This document shows positions 25,744 through 39,734 of a stretch of 64,000 bases of DNA, piece by piece (positions within the stretch are counted from its first letter, which is position 1; every line of letters starts with the position of its first letter). Origin of the DNA: Octopus vulgaris (taxonomy: Eukaryota); assembly GCA_951406725.2 (NCBI GenBank), contig OX597826.1, positions 42,284,001 to 42,348,000 of the forward strand. Direction: 5' to 3'. The translations under genes and the position numbers were made by a program. Under the pieces are notes generated by a model, which saw nothing but the letters and a program-made list of their open reading frames with translations, had not been told where the DNA came from and did no database searches.

Positions 25744-26926
25744 CTGTTAAAAAAATAAAGGTACCGGCAGTTAATAGTTATGTTTAACTTTCATATATAT
25801 TTATCCCTATTTTCTGTATAAATTGTGAATAAGCAAATGAGAGAGGATAAGTTTATAAGAATTCTTCCTTGGGCAATAATTGCTTTGAGAATATAGAAGT
25901 CCTCAATAACCGATTTACGGAAAATATGCTAAATGACGGAAATTCTCAAGAATCGATTCTGATTGTTAAATCATTTTAAAATGTATATTGTTTTCACAAC
26001 TTTTATTTTCGTTTTGCAGCTTTAACAAGAAATTCAAATATTAATCAGTGTACATAAATAGTAAAAGCGTGAAGGAAAAGTCGTTTTTTCTTTTTTTTTT
26101 TTAGAATGAAAATAGAAAATCAATAAAGTTATTGAGGTGAAATGGTTTCAATCAGGAAACGGCTCGATTAAGCTCATGAGAAATTTACCTCATGAGAAAT
26201 TTACCCCGTGTTCTCAAGAATTCAGTGCAACACGAAAGATATAGAGAACTATGGAACAAATTACACTTTTCTTGGCACAAAGCAAGATTAAGTGACAGTA
26301 AATTTTTTATTAGTAATTGGTTTCAATGCTTAATGAACTGGGTGACGAATTAATTAATTATTTGATTAATTGATCACTTAAATTAGAAAGATGGAGATAG
26401 CTGGTGTCATTTCTGACAAGCAAAAATGATAAGGATTTCGCGCTATGGAAATACTTGTGTCTCTACCAGACGTCGCCACTTTATGAGCGTTATTGGTTTA
26501 GTCTGGAGGAATAAACTGTATTCATGGCCTTCGCCGGCATTCACAGAGAGATGTAGTAAATACTTTTGAACAGTTAAAAAATTGATAGCTGCAGAAAAGC
26601 TAAATATGAGACGGGTATCCTTAAAGATGAACTCTCCGAGGAAGCAGGAATGGGCTCAGTGATTGGTGTAATATTTGAAGTTGAACATAATATGGATAAC
26701 GATATGCAAAGAGACGAGGGACTCTGGTGGATCTCAGAAGATGCGTACGAAACCAACCATCTCCGAGGAACAGAGGCCATTGTAGCTGTAATACAAAAGA
26801 CGGCGAGAAGAAACGGTAAGTTTCTGGAGAAGAGCTTAAAGTACATCGGGAAGCTATTTCATGCCACTCAGTCGGGTGACCTTTGTTTAGATGTGATCAA
26901 CGATGTCCATATGTGTAATAGTAAGT

Positions 26927-27260
26927 AGGCGCGTGGCTCAGTGGTTAGAGCGTCGAGCTTACGATCGTGAGGTTGTGAGCTCGAATCCCGGACCGGGCTG
27001 CGTATTGTGTTCTTGAGCAAGACAGTTTATTTCACGTTGCTCCAGTTCACTCAGCTGTAGAAATGAGTTGCGACGTCACAGGTGCCAAGCTGTATCGGCC
27101 CCTTTGCCTTTCCCTTGGACAACATCGGTGACGTGGAGAGGGGAGGCCGGTATGCATGGGCGACTGCTGGTCTTCCATGAAACAGCCTTGCCCAGACTTG
27201 TGCCTCAGAGAGTAACTCTCTAGGTGCAAACCCATGGTCAGTGTCTGACCGAAGGGGGTC
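26927..27260 (+). mobile_element. Full-length SINE family D (tRNA head, V-SINE-like central domain)
   Basis: aggcgcgtggctcagtggttagagcg head, tgtgttcttgagcaagaca and cactcagctgta blocks, tail ending gaccgaagggggtc. Related copies at about 16490-16635 (-), 27320-27555 (+) and 28105-28410 (-). Confidence 0.82.
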
Positions 27261-27578
27261 TCTCTCTCAAGTATGGCAGCAATAATCCATTGTGAGTGTG
27301 ATCTGGATTTTTTTAGAGGGATAGTGACCTAGTGGTTAGGGTGTTGCACTCACGATCGCAAGATTGCGGTTTCGATAGCCGGACCGATTGGTGAGTTGTG
27401 TTCTTGAGCAAAACACTTTCATTCACGTTGCCTCAAGTCCATTCAGCTGTAAGTGACGGGTTGGCATCCTGTTCAGGGTGAATGCTGTGATTTCAGTCAC
27501 TTGTACACTGGATAACCGGCCCAGTGAGTTTAGGACTCGAAACAGTAATGTCTAGGGAGTGACGATGATGATAATGAT

Positions 27579-27612
<34 letters not shown>

Positions 27613-27632
27613 CCATGGTCGTGGTGGTCGTG

Positions 27633-27706
<74 letters not shown>

Positions 27707-29825
27707 GGTGGTATCTATTGGTGACCGAAGTATTTTCTGGCGTTCTGAAGAGGAAGACCAATCTTTGTAGTGCAGTCTTTTCCATATCAAGGATGTGCAT
27801 TCGGCAAGAGAGATTCTCATAAATAGCGAGGTGTTACAATTGCAACGACTTTGAAGGTTCTAGTTTCCTGTGCTCCGCGTCAGGAGGTTGGCCAGGTTCA
27901 GTATCATTTTCTTGATCGACTTTGTGCTGTTGAAAAAAAAATATTAGAATGACCTCACTGGATGATGTTTTTAATATCTCTCGTTATTGAGTCACAGCAG
28001 ATCTGATGCAAGGAAATCTAGTTTGTATGTAGATGGTGCTTATGAGAAATTGGAGGAATGAAGGCTGAGATCAAGCGCATTAAGTTAGGGTGTCATTGGA
28101 GACGGTGGTCATGGGATTGCACCTAGAAAGTTACCCTCCCAGGCACAAGTCCGGGCAAGGTTGTTTATGGAAGACCAGCAGTCGCCCATGCATGCTAGTC
28201 TCCCCTCTCCACGCCACCGATGTTATCCCAGGGAAAGGGGAAGGCCGATACAGCTTGGCACCAGTGACGTCGCAACTCATTTCTGCATTTGAGTGAACTG
28301 GAGCAACATCAAATGAAGTGTCCTGCTCAAGAACACAACACATAACCCGGCCGGGAATCGAATTCTCCCTACCTCATGATTGTGAGCCCGACGATCTAAC
28401 CACTGAGCTATTAGTTCTTTAATATATAAGAGGAGTGTAGAGGAATAATAACCAAGCCTAGTAGATCACCAGAGTTGATAGAGTGTGAGTGGGTTAGGGG
28501 GAGAGAGAGAGGTAGAGAGCTCCTTTAGCACACCTGACAGGTACGAGCTGACAGGAAACTACTAATTCAGATACTGATGGCTGGAACCTATAGATGGGCA
28601 ATCTTGCTTAGACTTTAGCGCTCGACATAATGTTGAATGCATTGCTGATATCAAGTAAAACAAACGCTGTTTTCACCAAATTTCTTCAAGGTGGGAACTC
28701 ATCGCAGAGTGACGTAGGAGAGTAGATCACCAGTAAATCTGTGTCATTAAAAAGTTGATGGGTGTTTGAAGTAAACTATGTCCAATTGACTACGCAAGCT
28801 TAAGCACAATTTTAGGTAGAAGGAAGTGGTCGATTAAATGGATTCAGTATTTTATTGGCTTCGGTAAGACGAAATAACTTAATCAAAACTTGAACTCAGA
28901 ACGTTAAAGGGATGCGATCTAAATGCCGTATGGTATTTAATCTATCGGTATCCCCACTCTAACAATTTATTACTTCTTGTGTACATTGATAATTCTTTTA
29001 GACTGTGCCTCAAGGTCAGGAATTCTGGAGAGGAGGGGTGTCGATATAATCGACCCCAGAACTTGACTGGTGCGTCATTTCATCGAACCCGAAAGGCTGA
29101 AATGCAAGGTAGACCTCCGCAGGATTTGAACTTAGAACGTAAAGAGCCGGAAGAAATATTGCTAAGCATTTTGTTCGACACACTAACGATTCTCTCATCT
29201 CGCCGCTTTGTGGTTTACATTGATAATATCGACATTCGTACTTAGCAACAAATTCCATCGGACGGAGAATGTAAGTTTGGTGTATCCGGATCTTTCTCAG
29301 GAACGTCAACAACGTCAGGGAAGTTAATTCGATTCGAACGACATTCGAAATCGATTTACGGACACATCTTATATGGAGAATGCATCTTGTTTACGGCACT
29401 AACTAAATATATTTTCATTAAACTGAATTAGAATTTAAAATTGAGTAGGCGATGATGGTACATTATTGGTATTTGCTTCTATGGAGATTGGTTTGATGAA
29501 AACTGACAAAGTAATTGGGATATTGAACTTGGAACAATGATGCCAAGGAATAAATACCATAAAGTTCTTGGCTTCACTCTTTACTTTCTCTCTTTCGCTT
29601 TCTTTTTCTCTCTCTTGGGCATTTCGGCATTTTCCTTCCAAGAGATAGATATAACAGCTATTGGTGGTGGTGATGTGGGGGGTTGGTGGTTCTAGTGGTA
29701 TTGATTATGGTAGTAGTTATGGTGATGCCATTGATGACAGTGGTAGTGATATTGTAGTAAAGGTGGTGATGATAGTTGTGGAAATGGTAGTAGTGGTACT
29801 AATGATGATGGTAACTGTACGGGTC

Positions 29826-29839
29826 GCAGCAACAGCAAC

Positions 29840-29904
<65 letters not shown>

Positions 29905-29909
29905 CAGTA

Positions 29910-29946
<37 letters not shown>

Positions 29947-29959
29947 CAGCAGCAGCAGT

Positions 29960-30015
<56 letters not shown>

Positions 30016-30016
30016 C

Positions 30017-30060
<44 letters not shown>

Positions 30061-30079
30061 CAGCAGCAGCAGTAGCAGC

Positions 30080-30126
<47 letters not shown>

Positions 30127-30280
30127 TAGTAGTAGGTGGTGGTGGTGGTGGTGGTGGTTGTGGTTGAGGTGGTGGTTGTGGTGGTGGTTGTGGTTGAGGT
30201 GGTGGTTGTGGTGGTGGTGGTGGTGGTGGTGGTGGTGGTCGTCGTCGTCGTCTTCGTGCTGCTGGTGCTGGTGGTGGTTC
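29826..30280. repeat. Compound trinucleotide microsatellite (GTA/GCA/GGT/GTC)n
   Basis: Directly visible; it produces the poly-V/poly-T pseudo-ORFs in the track. Confidence 0.95.
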
Positions 30281-31184
30281 TATTAGTACTGATAATGATG
30301 GAGTTTGTAATAGTGATGGTAGTGATATTAGTAATCACAATACTGGTAATGAAAGGTGATGGTAACGAAGCTAGTACTAATGGTGCTAATGGTAGTGAAA
30401 GTGGTTTAGTCAAAAGATCATCTCTAATTGTGCAAACTGATGGTTGAAATCATGCCAACCCCGTGAATCACCCAGTCTTTGGGAGTGCAGAGTTTCAAAG
30501 ACATTTGATTCTAATTTTCTTTTTTTACGTAAAACGGTAGGATTTGATGTGACGGCTGCTATTTTTAGCACGTCAGGTGAGTCTTTTGCAAGTCGAATGT
30601 CATCTTTGCTCAAATGGTGTTGACGATGGAGGCTTGTGATGATGGTGATGATGACAATGATGATAGTGATGTTGATGACGATAACGACTATGATGATGGT
30701 GATGATGTGATAATACTAATAGTGATGGCCGTTGTTTAAACTCAGATCAGCCCTGACAGAGCAGATATAAACCAAATACATTCAAACCATAATTCTTTAA
30801 TCTTTTTTAAAACAACAAAAATATAAGCCGCAATTATTGTGTTTCAAATTGAATCTTGAGGTTCCTAAGTTCCTTCCCCCTCTAGGTAAATGTCTCAAGT
30901 CCTTATGCAATAAGGCGGTCAAGACGATGAAAAATGTTTAGTGCTTTATCATACCTCTTTAAGGTGGTAAGCTGGCTGTATAGTTAGCCATCAGGACAAA
31001 ATGCTTGCCGGCATTTCGTCCCACTTTACGTTCTGAATTCAAATTCCGCCGAGGAATACTTTGCTTCTTATCTTTTCGAGTTCGATAAAATTAGTAACAG
31101 TTAAGATCTATGGTTGACAATCGATTAGCACCGCTCCCCAAATTTCAGGCCTTGTGTTTATAATAGAAATAGTTATTATCGTAC

Positions 31185-31411
31185 CTGTTTCTGTAGATAA
31201 TTTTTCCGTTTTGGTAAAGGTGCATCATTTTATTAGGAACGGTGACCGTGTGGAAGGTGGCCACTTTTTCATTGGAGATATAGATGTCAGGGACCCATAA
31301 TTCGTCCATCATTTTCACGTCCAACTCAAGTACCTCACTGTCGATCAGGTTATAGAAATGAAGTCGATGGTCAATCCATTCTTGTTCGACTACGAGGTTA
31401 ACACCGAATTC
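31185..31411 (-). CDS. Cys-loop anion channel exon (loops D, A, E)
   Basis: ttacag|GAA TTC...AAC AG|gtacga; EFGVNLVVEQEWIDHRLHF...LWVPDIYISNEKVATFHTVTVPNKMMHLYQNGKIIYRN(R) contains the WxDxRL and WxPD motifs. 227 nt, phase 0 to 2. Missing from the ORF track. Confidence 0.95.
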
Positions 31412-31592
31412 CTGTAATACTCACATAGAAACAGAAGGTTGAGAGAATGAGAGAAAGAGTGAATGAGTAAATGAATGAACGAATGAATGAATGAATGACA
31501 GAAAGTGAATGAGTGAGTACGGACATGAATGTAAAGAAGGTTAATGAAAGAATAGAGAAGAAAAGAAACGAGAGAAAAGCAATAATAATAAT

Positions 31593-31658
<66 letters not shown>

Positions 31659-32176
31659 TCTGATCTTAACTGATTGGAAGTGTTATCATGTACATTGTTT
31701 TGTCTTGGTATAAAAGATGGGCTACAGCAAATATTCTGCTCAATAACACAGATTTGCTTGTCAGTTGTTTGACCTTAACCAGTTGAGCATGTCCCTTAGT
31801 AGCTGACAATATGTGCATCTCTGATCACGAGCGGAAGTAGAGGGGGAGCATCATAGCCATGTGTTGAGAGGGATTCTATGGAGTTTGAATAATTCACCTC
31901 TGGAAACATAGGTGTTTCGTTCAACATCCTTAAACAACCCTTATTCAAGGACCTTTTGAGCGGGATGGGTTACTCAACCAGAAGAAAATTCTAACTGGGC
32001 CCCACCTGCAATGTCATGTGCTGTTTATCTTCATATGAGATCACCATGTCGCGCACATATGGTTGTGATGCATGTGCCTGGTGTACCCTTATCAGACGGG
32101 TAGTCATGATGGGTATACTGGGTTTCGTATATTTTACCCCAGTGTCACTTTGATGGCATGCACTGCTCTCTCACTC
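31659..32176 (+). mobile_element. Non-coding ~520-bp insert within an (AAT)n tract, likely the 3' UTR of a 5'-truncated LINE
   Basis: Unique sequence bounded by (AAT)n at about 31581-31657 and 32177-32248 in the same orientation. Confidence 0.55.
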
Positions 32177-32248
<72 letters not shown>

Positions 32249-32542
32249 CGTTTCTACTGAAGACACAAGGCCTTGAAATTTTGGGAGAGGGGACTAGTCG
32301 ATTACATCGATCCCAGTGTTTCACTGGTACTTAATTTATCGACTCCGAAAGGATGAAAGGCAAAGTCTACCTCGGTGGAATTTGAACTCAGAACATAACA
32401 ACGGACAAAATACCGCTAAGTCAGAACGTAGCGGCAGACGAAATACCTAGGCTAAACATAGAGAAGACAAACAAGGACAGACAAACGGATTAAGTCGATT
32501 AGCATTATCAAGCAGTTCAATCTTAAAAGAACAATTGTAAAA

Positions 32543-32978
32543 GTGGGTGTGTGGTAAGTAGCTTGCTTACCAACTACATGGTTCCGATTTCAGTCTCACT
32601 GCGTGGCACCTTGGGCAAGTGTCTTCTACTATAGCCTCGGGCCGACCAAAGCCTTGTGAGTGGATTTGTTAGACGGAAACTGAAAGAAGCCCGTCGTATA
32701 TATGTATATGTGTGTGTGTGTGTGTGCGCGCGCGCGTGTGTGTGTGTGTGTATGTTTGTGTGTCTGTGTTTGTCCCCCCAACATTGCTTGACAACCGATG
32801 CTGGTGTGTTTACGTCCCCGTCACTTAGCGGTTCGGTGAAAGGGACCGATAGAATAAGTACTAGGCTTACAAAGAATAAGTCATGGGGGTCGATTTGCTC
32901 GACTAAAAGGCGGTGCTCCAGCATAGCCACAGTAAAAAATGACTGAAACAAGTAAAAGAGTAAAAGAGCAAAAGAGTA
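32543..32978 (+). mobile_element. SINE family B
   Basis: Same body and tail as 19036-19469. Confidence 0.85.
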
Positions 32979-33213
32979 ACATACACATAGCAATAAATTT
33001 AAATACAGATTAAAATTAACCTTCTTATGGGCTGAATAAATTTACAGTATTGATATATACTGCTCCCAAATGTGCACCTATTCTCAGTAAACGGTTGGCA
33101 ATATCAGTTGAGTTATTCCTCATCTAACTTCACAAAGAGACATATATTTTATAAGAACATGCCATTCTACAGTATTATATTGACGTTTCAGTGTCTCAGA
33201 AAACTCGCCTAAA

Positions 33214-33615
33214 TCTTTATATATAAAAGTGAAGTTGTGTGTCTGTCTCCTACGATTTAGATTCCTAACTACTCCCACATTTTGCGGTGCAGTTTAACCA
33301 AAACCGGGTATCTTATAGTCGTGATTCATATCGAGCCCTTCTGGGTATTAGCGCGCGTCTACGATGAGTCTACGATTTAAAAAAAATTTACCATCATTTT
33401 TTTCCATTTTAATGTATTTTTTTCGCTATTATATAAGGGAAGTAACTCTCTAAAAATGTCTACGATGAGTCAGCGATTTAAATAAAAATTTACCATCATT
33501 TTTTTTTCCATTTTTAATGCATTTTTTTTTTGCTATTTTGGGGCTATAACTCTCTAAAAATGCTTATATAGTTATTTCCCTTACAAACCCGAGCAACGCC
33601 GGGCGATACTGCTAG
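33214..33615 (+). mobile_element. Complete non-autonomous Helitron, copy 2
   Basis: 5' A|TCTTTATATATAAAAG, 3' hairpin CCCG..CGGG then CTAG|T. No TSD; inserted between A and T. Confidence 0.88.
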
Positions 33616-34125
33616 TCAGATATAAAGTATATAGTTTGGCTCAGCTTTACTTCAACACCAGTACGTTTCTTTGATGCGGCATGTTTTCATACAGCAACAA
33701 AACTATCAAATCTCAAATCTTCAAATGCAAAAATAATTTAATGATGATGTCTCACTCAGCATAGCCACAGCTTGAACACGTGAGAGAGTGAAAGTTTAAA
33801 TGAGAAATGAAAGGAAAAGTCATGTCACGGACATAAACAATCACGTCTTTGGAATCTTCCTCTCGTTGTGCATATGGCTACTTCATTAAATTAAAACATG
33901 TAATAAGCAATAAGACTCAAAATGATTATTCTCTGAAATTAATGGCAGTATCAAATGTCCATAAATCAGATTTACATGATAAAGTAATCAACTAACTTTC
34001 GACATTATAATAAGAAATATATTTCATATGGTATGTGACACCTATGAATAAATGCATAAACAAACCAGTACACACAAATATGTATATGTATTGATCGAAA
34101 TAGATAAATACATGCATACATATAT

Positions 34126-34177
<52 letters not shown>

Positions 34178-34337
34178 ATACATATGGATACATATATGTG
34201 GATATATATATATATATAGTAAAAGCAATTAAGATTCAAGTGAGTTCTGTTGAACTCACATGAATGCGGTACTTAACTTAGATGCACCAGAAATCTATAT
34301 GGTATTAACCATAAGATAATGCGGGTTGATTATAAAC

Positions 34338-34635
34338 AAGAAAAAAGCAACAAAAATGGATCAGTATTTCGGTACAATTGTTTCATACGAAGACCAGCTT
34401 TATTAAGGCTGCAAATATTGCAGCAAATATAAGTGACTCGTACTCATCAGCCCAAAATACATCTGAGTTCTCCATGAGTGTAGCCTCACCCCCTTAGATG
34501 TTTGGAGAACTCAGATGTGTTTTTGGCTGATGAGTACGAGTTACATATATTTGCTGCAATATTTGCAGCCTTAATAAAGCTGGTCTTCGTATGAAACAAT
34601 TGTACCGAAATACTGATCCATTTTTGTTGCTTTTT

Positions 34636-34639
<4 letters not shown>
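34338..34639. repeat. 137-bp-arm inverted repeat (28-nt spacer), Penelope-like pseudo-LTR pair
   Basis: 34338-34474 versus 34503-34639 show about 4 mismatches. The repeat abuts (TA)n and each arm holds a hammerhead motif. Confidence 0.9.
34521..34610 (+). ncRNA. Type I hammerhead ribozyme motif (mirror copy on the minus strand at about 34364-34460)
   Basis: Stem I ttttgg/ccgaaa; CTGATGA at 34527-34533; stem II gtacgag/ttcgtat with a long insert; GAAA at 34593-34596; palindromic stem III ACAATTGT; GUA cleavage triplet ending at 34604. Confidence 0.7.
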
Positions 34640-34679
<40 letters not shown>

Positions 34680-34868
34680 ATGCATACACATACGGTCACA
34701 TTTATATATGCATATACTTTTAGAAAGTATGGATGTACATACATGCATATATATGTATCTTTGTTTGAAACCGGTTCCTTCTTTACATGAAGATTTCCTA
34801 TAACTATAATTAGAAGATATTACACACACACACACACGTACACACACACATAAATACACACATGCACA

Positions 34869-34906
<38 letters not shown>

Positions 34907-35383
34907 TATATATATATATATATATATAAATATATAAATATATATACATATATAGCCTGAAAACCTATTCATCACTAGGGAAACCACAAACATGTAAGAT
35001 ACAGAAAGAACTTCAGATAACAAATATAATATTGAAGCTCCAATCCAAACATGATAAATTAAACTTGAACTTTCGTATCTTTGATATAGCACGTTTGAAG
35101 AATAAGTTGTTACCTTCTCTCACACCCTCTCACACACAAGCGTACCCACAAACACACACGCGTACCAACAAACACACATACTCACACAAACACACACGTA
35201 TTACTGGAAACCTCATTAAAATAAACTAGCAGACCTGTAAGCTACAGAAAATATTTTAAACTAAAGTATTCCAGAAACTTCAATGAAAAGCATGAAACAT
35301 TAAATTTGAACACGGTAATGGCCTATGCATGCATACATATATATGTATATGTATGTATGTATAAATGTATGTATGTATGTATA

Positions 35384-35420
<37 letters not shown>

Positions 35421-36409
35421 TTAAACATTACATGTATGCATTTATTTTAAGTAGTCTAATTGAAATGGCTTCAGTTTGGTGTGGACTACTTTCTAACGAT
35501 GACCTGACGTCGAAGAGACTGTTGTACAAATATGTATGTATGTATGTATGCATGTATGTTTGTATGTATGTATGTTTGTATGTATGTCTGTAATCGAGTA
35601 TATAGGTAAGTACGTACGTTTGTATATACACATAAAAGAAAAATAAATGTAAAATATACATATGCATACACTGGCGAAAATAAATTTAAAGCCGATGATA
35701 AAAATTCTATTTCTTACAAAATATTTTGTTACTAACACCATGCAAATTACTTTTATCATTTACACCTTATGCAGAATTCATTTCTCTTTCGAATGATGTA
35801 GACAACTATTTTTATACAACTTGAAGAATTTATATTAATTTAGCATTAGAATACTTCAAGTCTTAAGTTTATTTTCGATCTTAAATTTATTTTCGCCAGT
35901 GTATGTATATACAAGCATATACGCATAAGTACTATGTTTATGTATATCTGTGTGTGTATGCGTGTGTGTGCACGCGCGGGGTCAATATACCTAGACATAC
36001 CCGGAAATGCAAACCCATTTATATATACGCACACACATATATATATGTATATATATACACGCACATACATATGTGTGTGTGTGTGAATGTGTATGTTTGT
36101 GAGTGAGTGAGTGTGTGTGTATTGTCACTGGGCATATATCGATCTGATTCAATGAAGACCATGCGGCACATATGCACAAATTTTTATTTATTGTAAATTT
36201 CGTTCAATGTCATTCAAATTTATAGCAGATATGCCACTTTATAGTTATTATAACTTCCACAATATCAACTAACAACTGTCATCATCATTTGATAAATATA
36301 TGACATTATTTTTCCACTCTACAAGTTGCTAAATTAGCTGGGCGTCAGACAAAACGCTTGCCGTATTGAGTTACGTTCTGAGTTCATAATCCTACGAGGT
36401 CAGCCATGT

Positions 36410-36850
36410 TTGGCAACATCCTCCGTAAGCTAACAAATGCTTAACTACTGCTCATGGATGTTAGGATTACCTATTCAGATCCATGGCTCACTTCCTACGC
36501 TTGCGATGCTTCATCAACCAAGAGAAGTAGGAGCTTCAATGAAAGGAGCTTCGAACCGGCAGAAGCTTCAGACGGTAAGCCGGGCGACGTGTCCAGCCCA
36601 TCTATACTTGCTGCGAGTATACTCTGCGATGACATCTCTCACGCCGGACTTCTTTCTGATGATGTTGCTATTTATGTGCTCTCTCAACGAGATACCAAGC
36701 ATTGACCTTTCCATGGTTCTTTGAGCCGTTATCAGTCTTTGCTCTTCTCTCTTTGTGGTAGCCCATGTTTCACTACCATATAACATTGCAGGCAGAACTG
36801 CACTGTTAATGAGGTTGGCGCGGGTGGTCCTGTCCAACCTTCCCTTGAGC
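36410..36850 (-). mobile_element. RTE-clade LINE fragment (C-terminal to the RT core)
   Basis: ORF 36568-36957 contains AVLPAMLYGSETWATTK..QRTMERSMLGISLREHI..IRKKSGVRDVI..KYRWAGHVAR, typical of RTE ORFs. Confidence 0.88.
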
Positions 36851-37233
36851 ATACATATATGTATATGGTCTTTACTTTGAATGCAAGGTTGCTTTTGTTG
36901 TAACATGACGAATAGAGCAAATAAGTTACCAAAATATTGCAAACCTTTTGACTCCACATAATATTTCTATGAGATACCATCGATATGAATGGAATTATAT
37001 ATAAAAAAAAAAGCTGACTGGAACTATTTCGCTGCTTAGAAACGGTTAATACTTTTTACCTTGTGATTTTCAATTATAACACTTCAATATTACAGTATTG
37101 CGAAAAGCTGCTTCATAAAGAGAATATTAACGTGCTTGAAGATATTGAATCTGACTATAATAATAATGAAAATAACAATTAAATATTTATTGCAATAACA
37201 AAGTTGGATACAGGTAGTTGTCTTCATAATTAC

Positions 37234-37301
37234 CATATTCATTTCATCAATTGAGTCGAACGAATTAAAGTCCAAAGAAACGTTTACTCGAGTTGGAAGA
37301 T
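37234..37301 (-). CDS. Cys-loop anion channel exon (beta1/loop G, 68 nt)
   Basis: ttttggcag|AT CTT...AAT ATG|gtaatt; DLPTRVNVSLDFNSFDSIDEMNM resembles GlyR [21 protein letters not shown]. The 68-nt length and phases fit the GlyR/GABA-A exon pattern. Confidence 0.93.
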
Positions 37302-37824
37302 CTGCCAAAAGATAAAAAAAATAAATAAACAAATAAATAAAAATACATTATATCGGAGTTTGTGTGTGTGGTGTGTGTGTGTGTGTTTGTGTGTGTGTAT
37401 TTATGCATTTATGCATATTTCTTCCTGGGAGAAAGGGAGTGAGCGAGTGAGTTTGTGAGTGAGTGAGTGAGTGAGTGAGCGAGAGAGAAAGAGTGAAAAG
37501 AGAGAACTCGAAAAAATGGGATATTGGATTTGTCGAGATTTGAACTCAGTGAAGAGAGTTGTAACGCATCGCAAAGCTTTCCATTCGACGCCCGTAATCA
37601 TTGCCAAATAATCGCTTTACATGCAACGTCTTTTACCTTTATCTGTTATTCGTTTCTGTCACTGCACTGTGGTTATGGTGGGGCACAACCTTTAAGGGTT
37701 TAGTCGAGCAAATCGACACCATTACTTATTCTTACATCTGGTGCTATTAACCAATATTGCCGAACCGCTAAGTTATGGAAGCACCGGTTGTCAAGTGATG
37801 GTGTGCGACAAATACAAACACAAT

Positions 37825-37880
<56 letters not shown>

Positions 37881-38577
37881 AACGCACACTTGGACGCACG
37901 TCCGCACACGCACGCACACATATACAACGGGGTCCGTACAGTTACCGTCTACCCAATTCCAACGCAGTCTCGGGACTACAGTAGAAAACACTTGCCCGAG
38001 CTTCTATGCAGATGGAAGCGAACCCAAAACGACGAGTTTGCAAACTGACATTCTTAGCTACACAACCTATAGATTTTTAATAAGCTAAAATAAGGTGCAA
38101 CAATCTTTGGACTGTGACGTTTGAAAATTGGAAGCTGTAAAGTAGATATATTCTTTTATTATTTCTATCATACTTCTTTGTTTAACCGTCCAATAATCAA
38201 ATAGATTTTGTATTTAAGCTGACAAACCAACCGAAACATTCTACAGCCCCCACCAAACACATTCACACATACTTTAAGAAACATAGTAACTCGTGCTAAA
38301 ATCTTTTATCCACTAACAAAACAAAGCCGTTTCCTCAGAACAAATATACACGCATATTTTAAGCCTCACTAAATCAAATTATAAATACAGCTTCCATTTT
38401 TAAATCCTTAACGTAACAGTGATCACTCAGGAGAGAAACTATACATTCAATTCCTTAAATGAATATGTATGTTTATTTGTGTGTTTATACATACATACAT
38501 ACACACTTACATACATACATACACATGTGTCTGTGTATGTGCATGTATGTATATATGTATGTATATATATATATATA

Positions 38578-38632
<55 letters not shown>

Positions 38633-38647
38633 GTACATACATGCATA

Positions 38648-38648
38648 C

Positions 38649-38723
<75 letters not shown>

Positions 38724-38730
38724 AGCAGAC

Positions 38731-38817
<87 letters not shown>
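38648..38817. repeat. (GATA)n tetranucleotide microsatellite
   Basis: Directly visible. Confidence 0.95.
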
Positions 38818-38845
38818 AGGGCTCTAATTTTAAAATATTTGAAGA

Positions 38846-39160
38846 TCACTGTAAGTCTCTACCACATTGTTTCCGTTTTAGATCAAGGCGGTCCACGTCA
38901 TTGTTTATGTTAACATTCTTTGTGCTAGTGAGTACCTTCTGGGTTTTCATGTCAATGGCTCGGATCTCATCAGGGGTCTTATCAAGTAGCCCAAATGTTG
39001 GTATGAGTACTGGTACTGCAAGCCTGTTGCAGGCCACTATTTTATTGAATGCAGAAAGTTTTGAGGTCCTTAGTTTTCTTATCCGGCTGTTATATTATTT
39101 AATGACACGTTCCTAGCTACAGTTACTATCCTAAGATATGTTTTCATCTACACTTAGATG
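38846..39160 (-). mobile_element. Degraded R4/Dong-like non-LTR retrotransposon fragment (post-RT region)
   Basis: ACNRLAVPVLIPTFGLLD..EIRAIDMKTQKVLT..DVDRLDLKRKQCGRDL resembles the AINxxAVPVLxYxFG..DVDRLYLxRxxGGRGL pattern. Confidence 0.7.
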
Positions 39161-39687
39161 CCTGTAATATTCCACAGTTTACAGTTTTCCTTTGTTTCAC
39201 AACCATGTAAGTACTTTTATGCCGCCCAAATTCCATCCCTATGTTCTTTTAAGAGTTATTGTAACCAAGTCAAGGGTCGTTTTTCATTTCACGCATATTC
39301 CTGGTATGCAGTTTCAAATCATTCACTTAGAAGCCGTATGCAATTCTGGTATTTCTGTCTCCATGAGTACCAATAAGATACCCTTCAGACTTCCCCAACA
39401 TAAGTGACAAGGGGTTTACTGAAAGTATGGACAGCTTCTCAGAGAGGGTGGTCTCATTGAAATATATTCTGCGATATTGTGTTTTATCAGTGATTCTATT
39501 GGGTCATCCCATAAATAATACGGTTTTTATACTTATTTTATTTTTCAATATTAAGTTTCTACCTTTAAAAACAAGGAGTTATAACCTTTTTACTTGTGTG
39601 ATTTTTGGATACCCTGGTAACTATTGATATATGTTTTTTATTTATGTATTTTTCCGTGTTAATTCTTAACAAGGGAAAAATACACAC

Positions 39688-39734
<47 letters not shown>

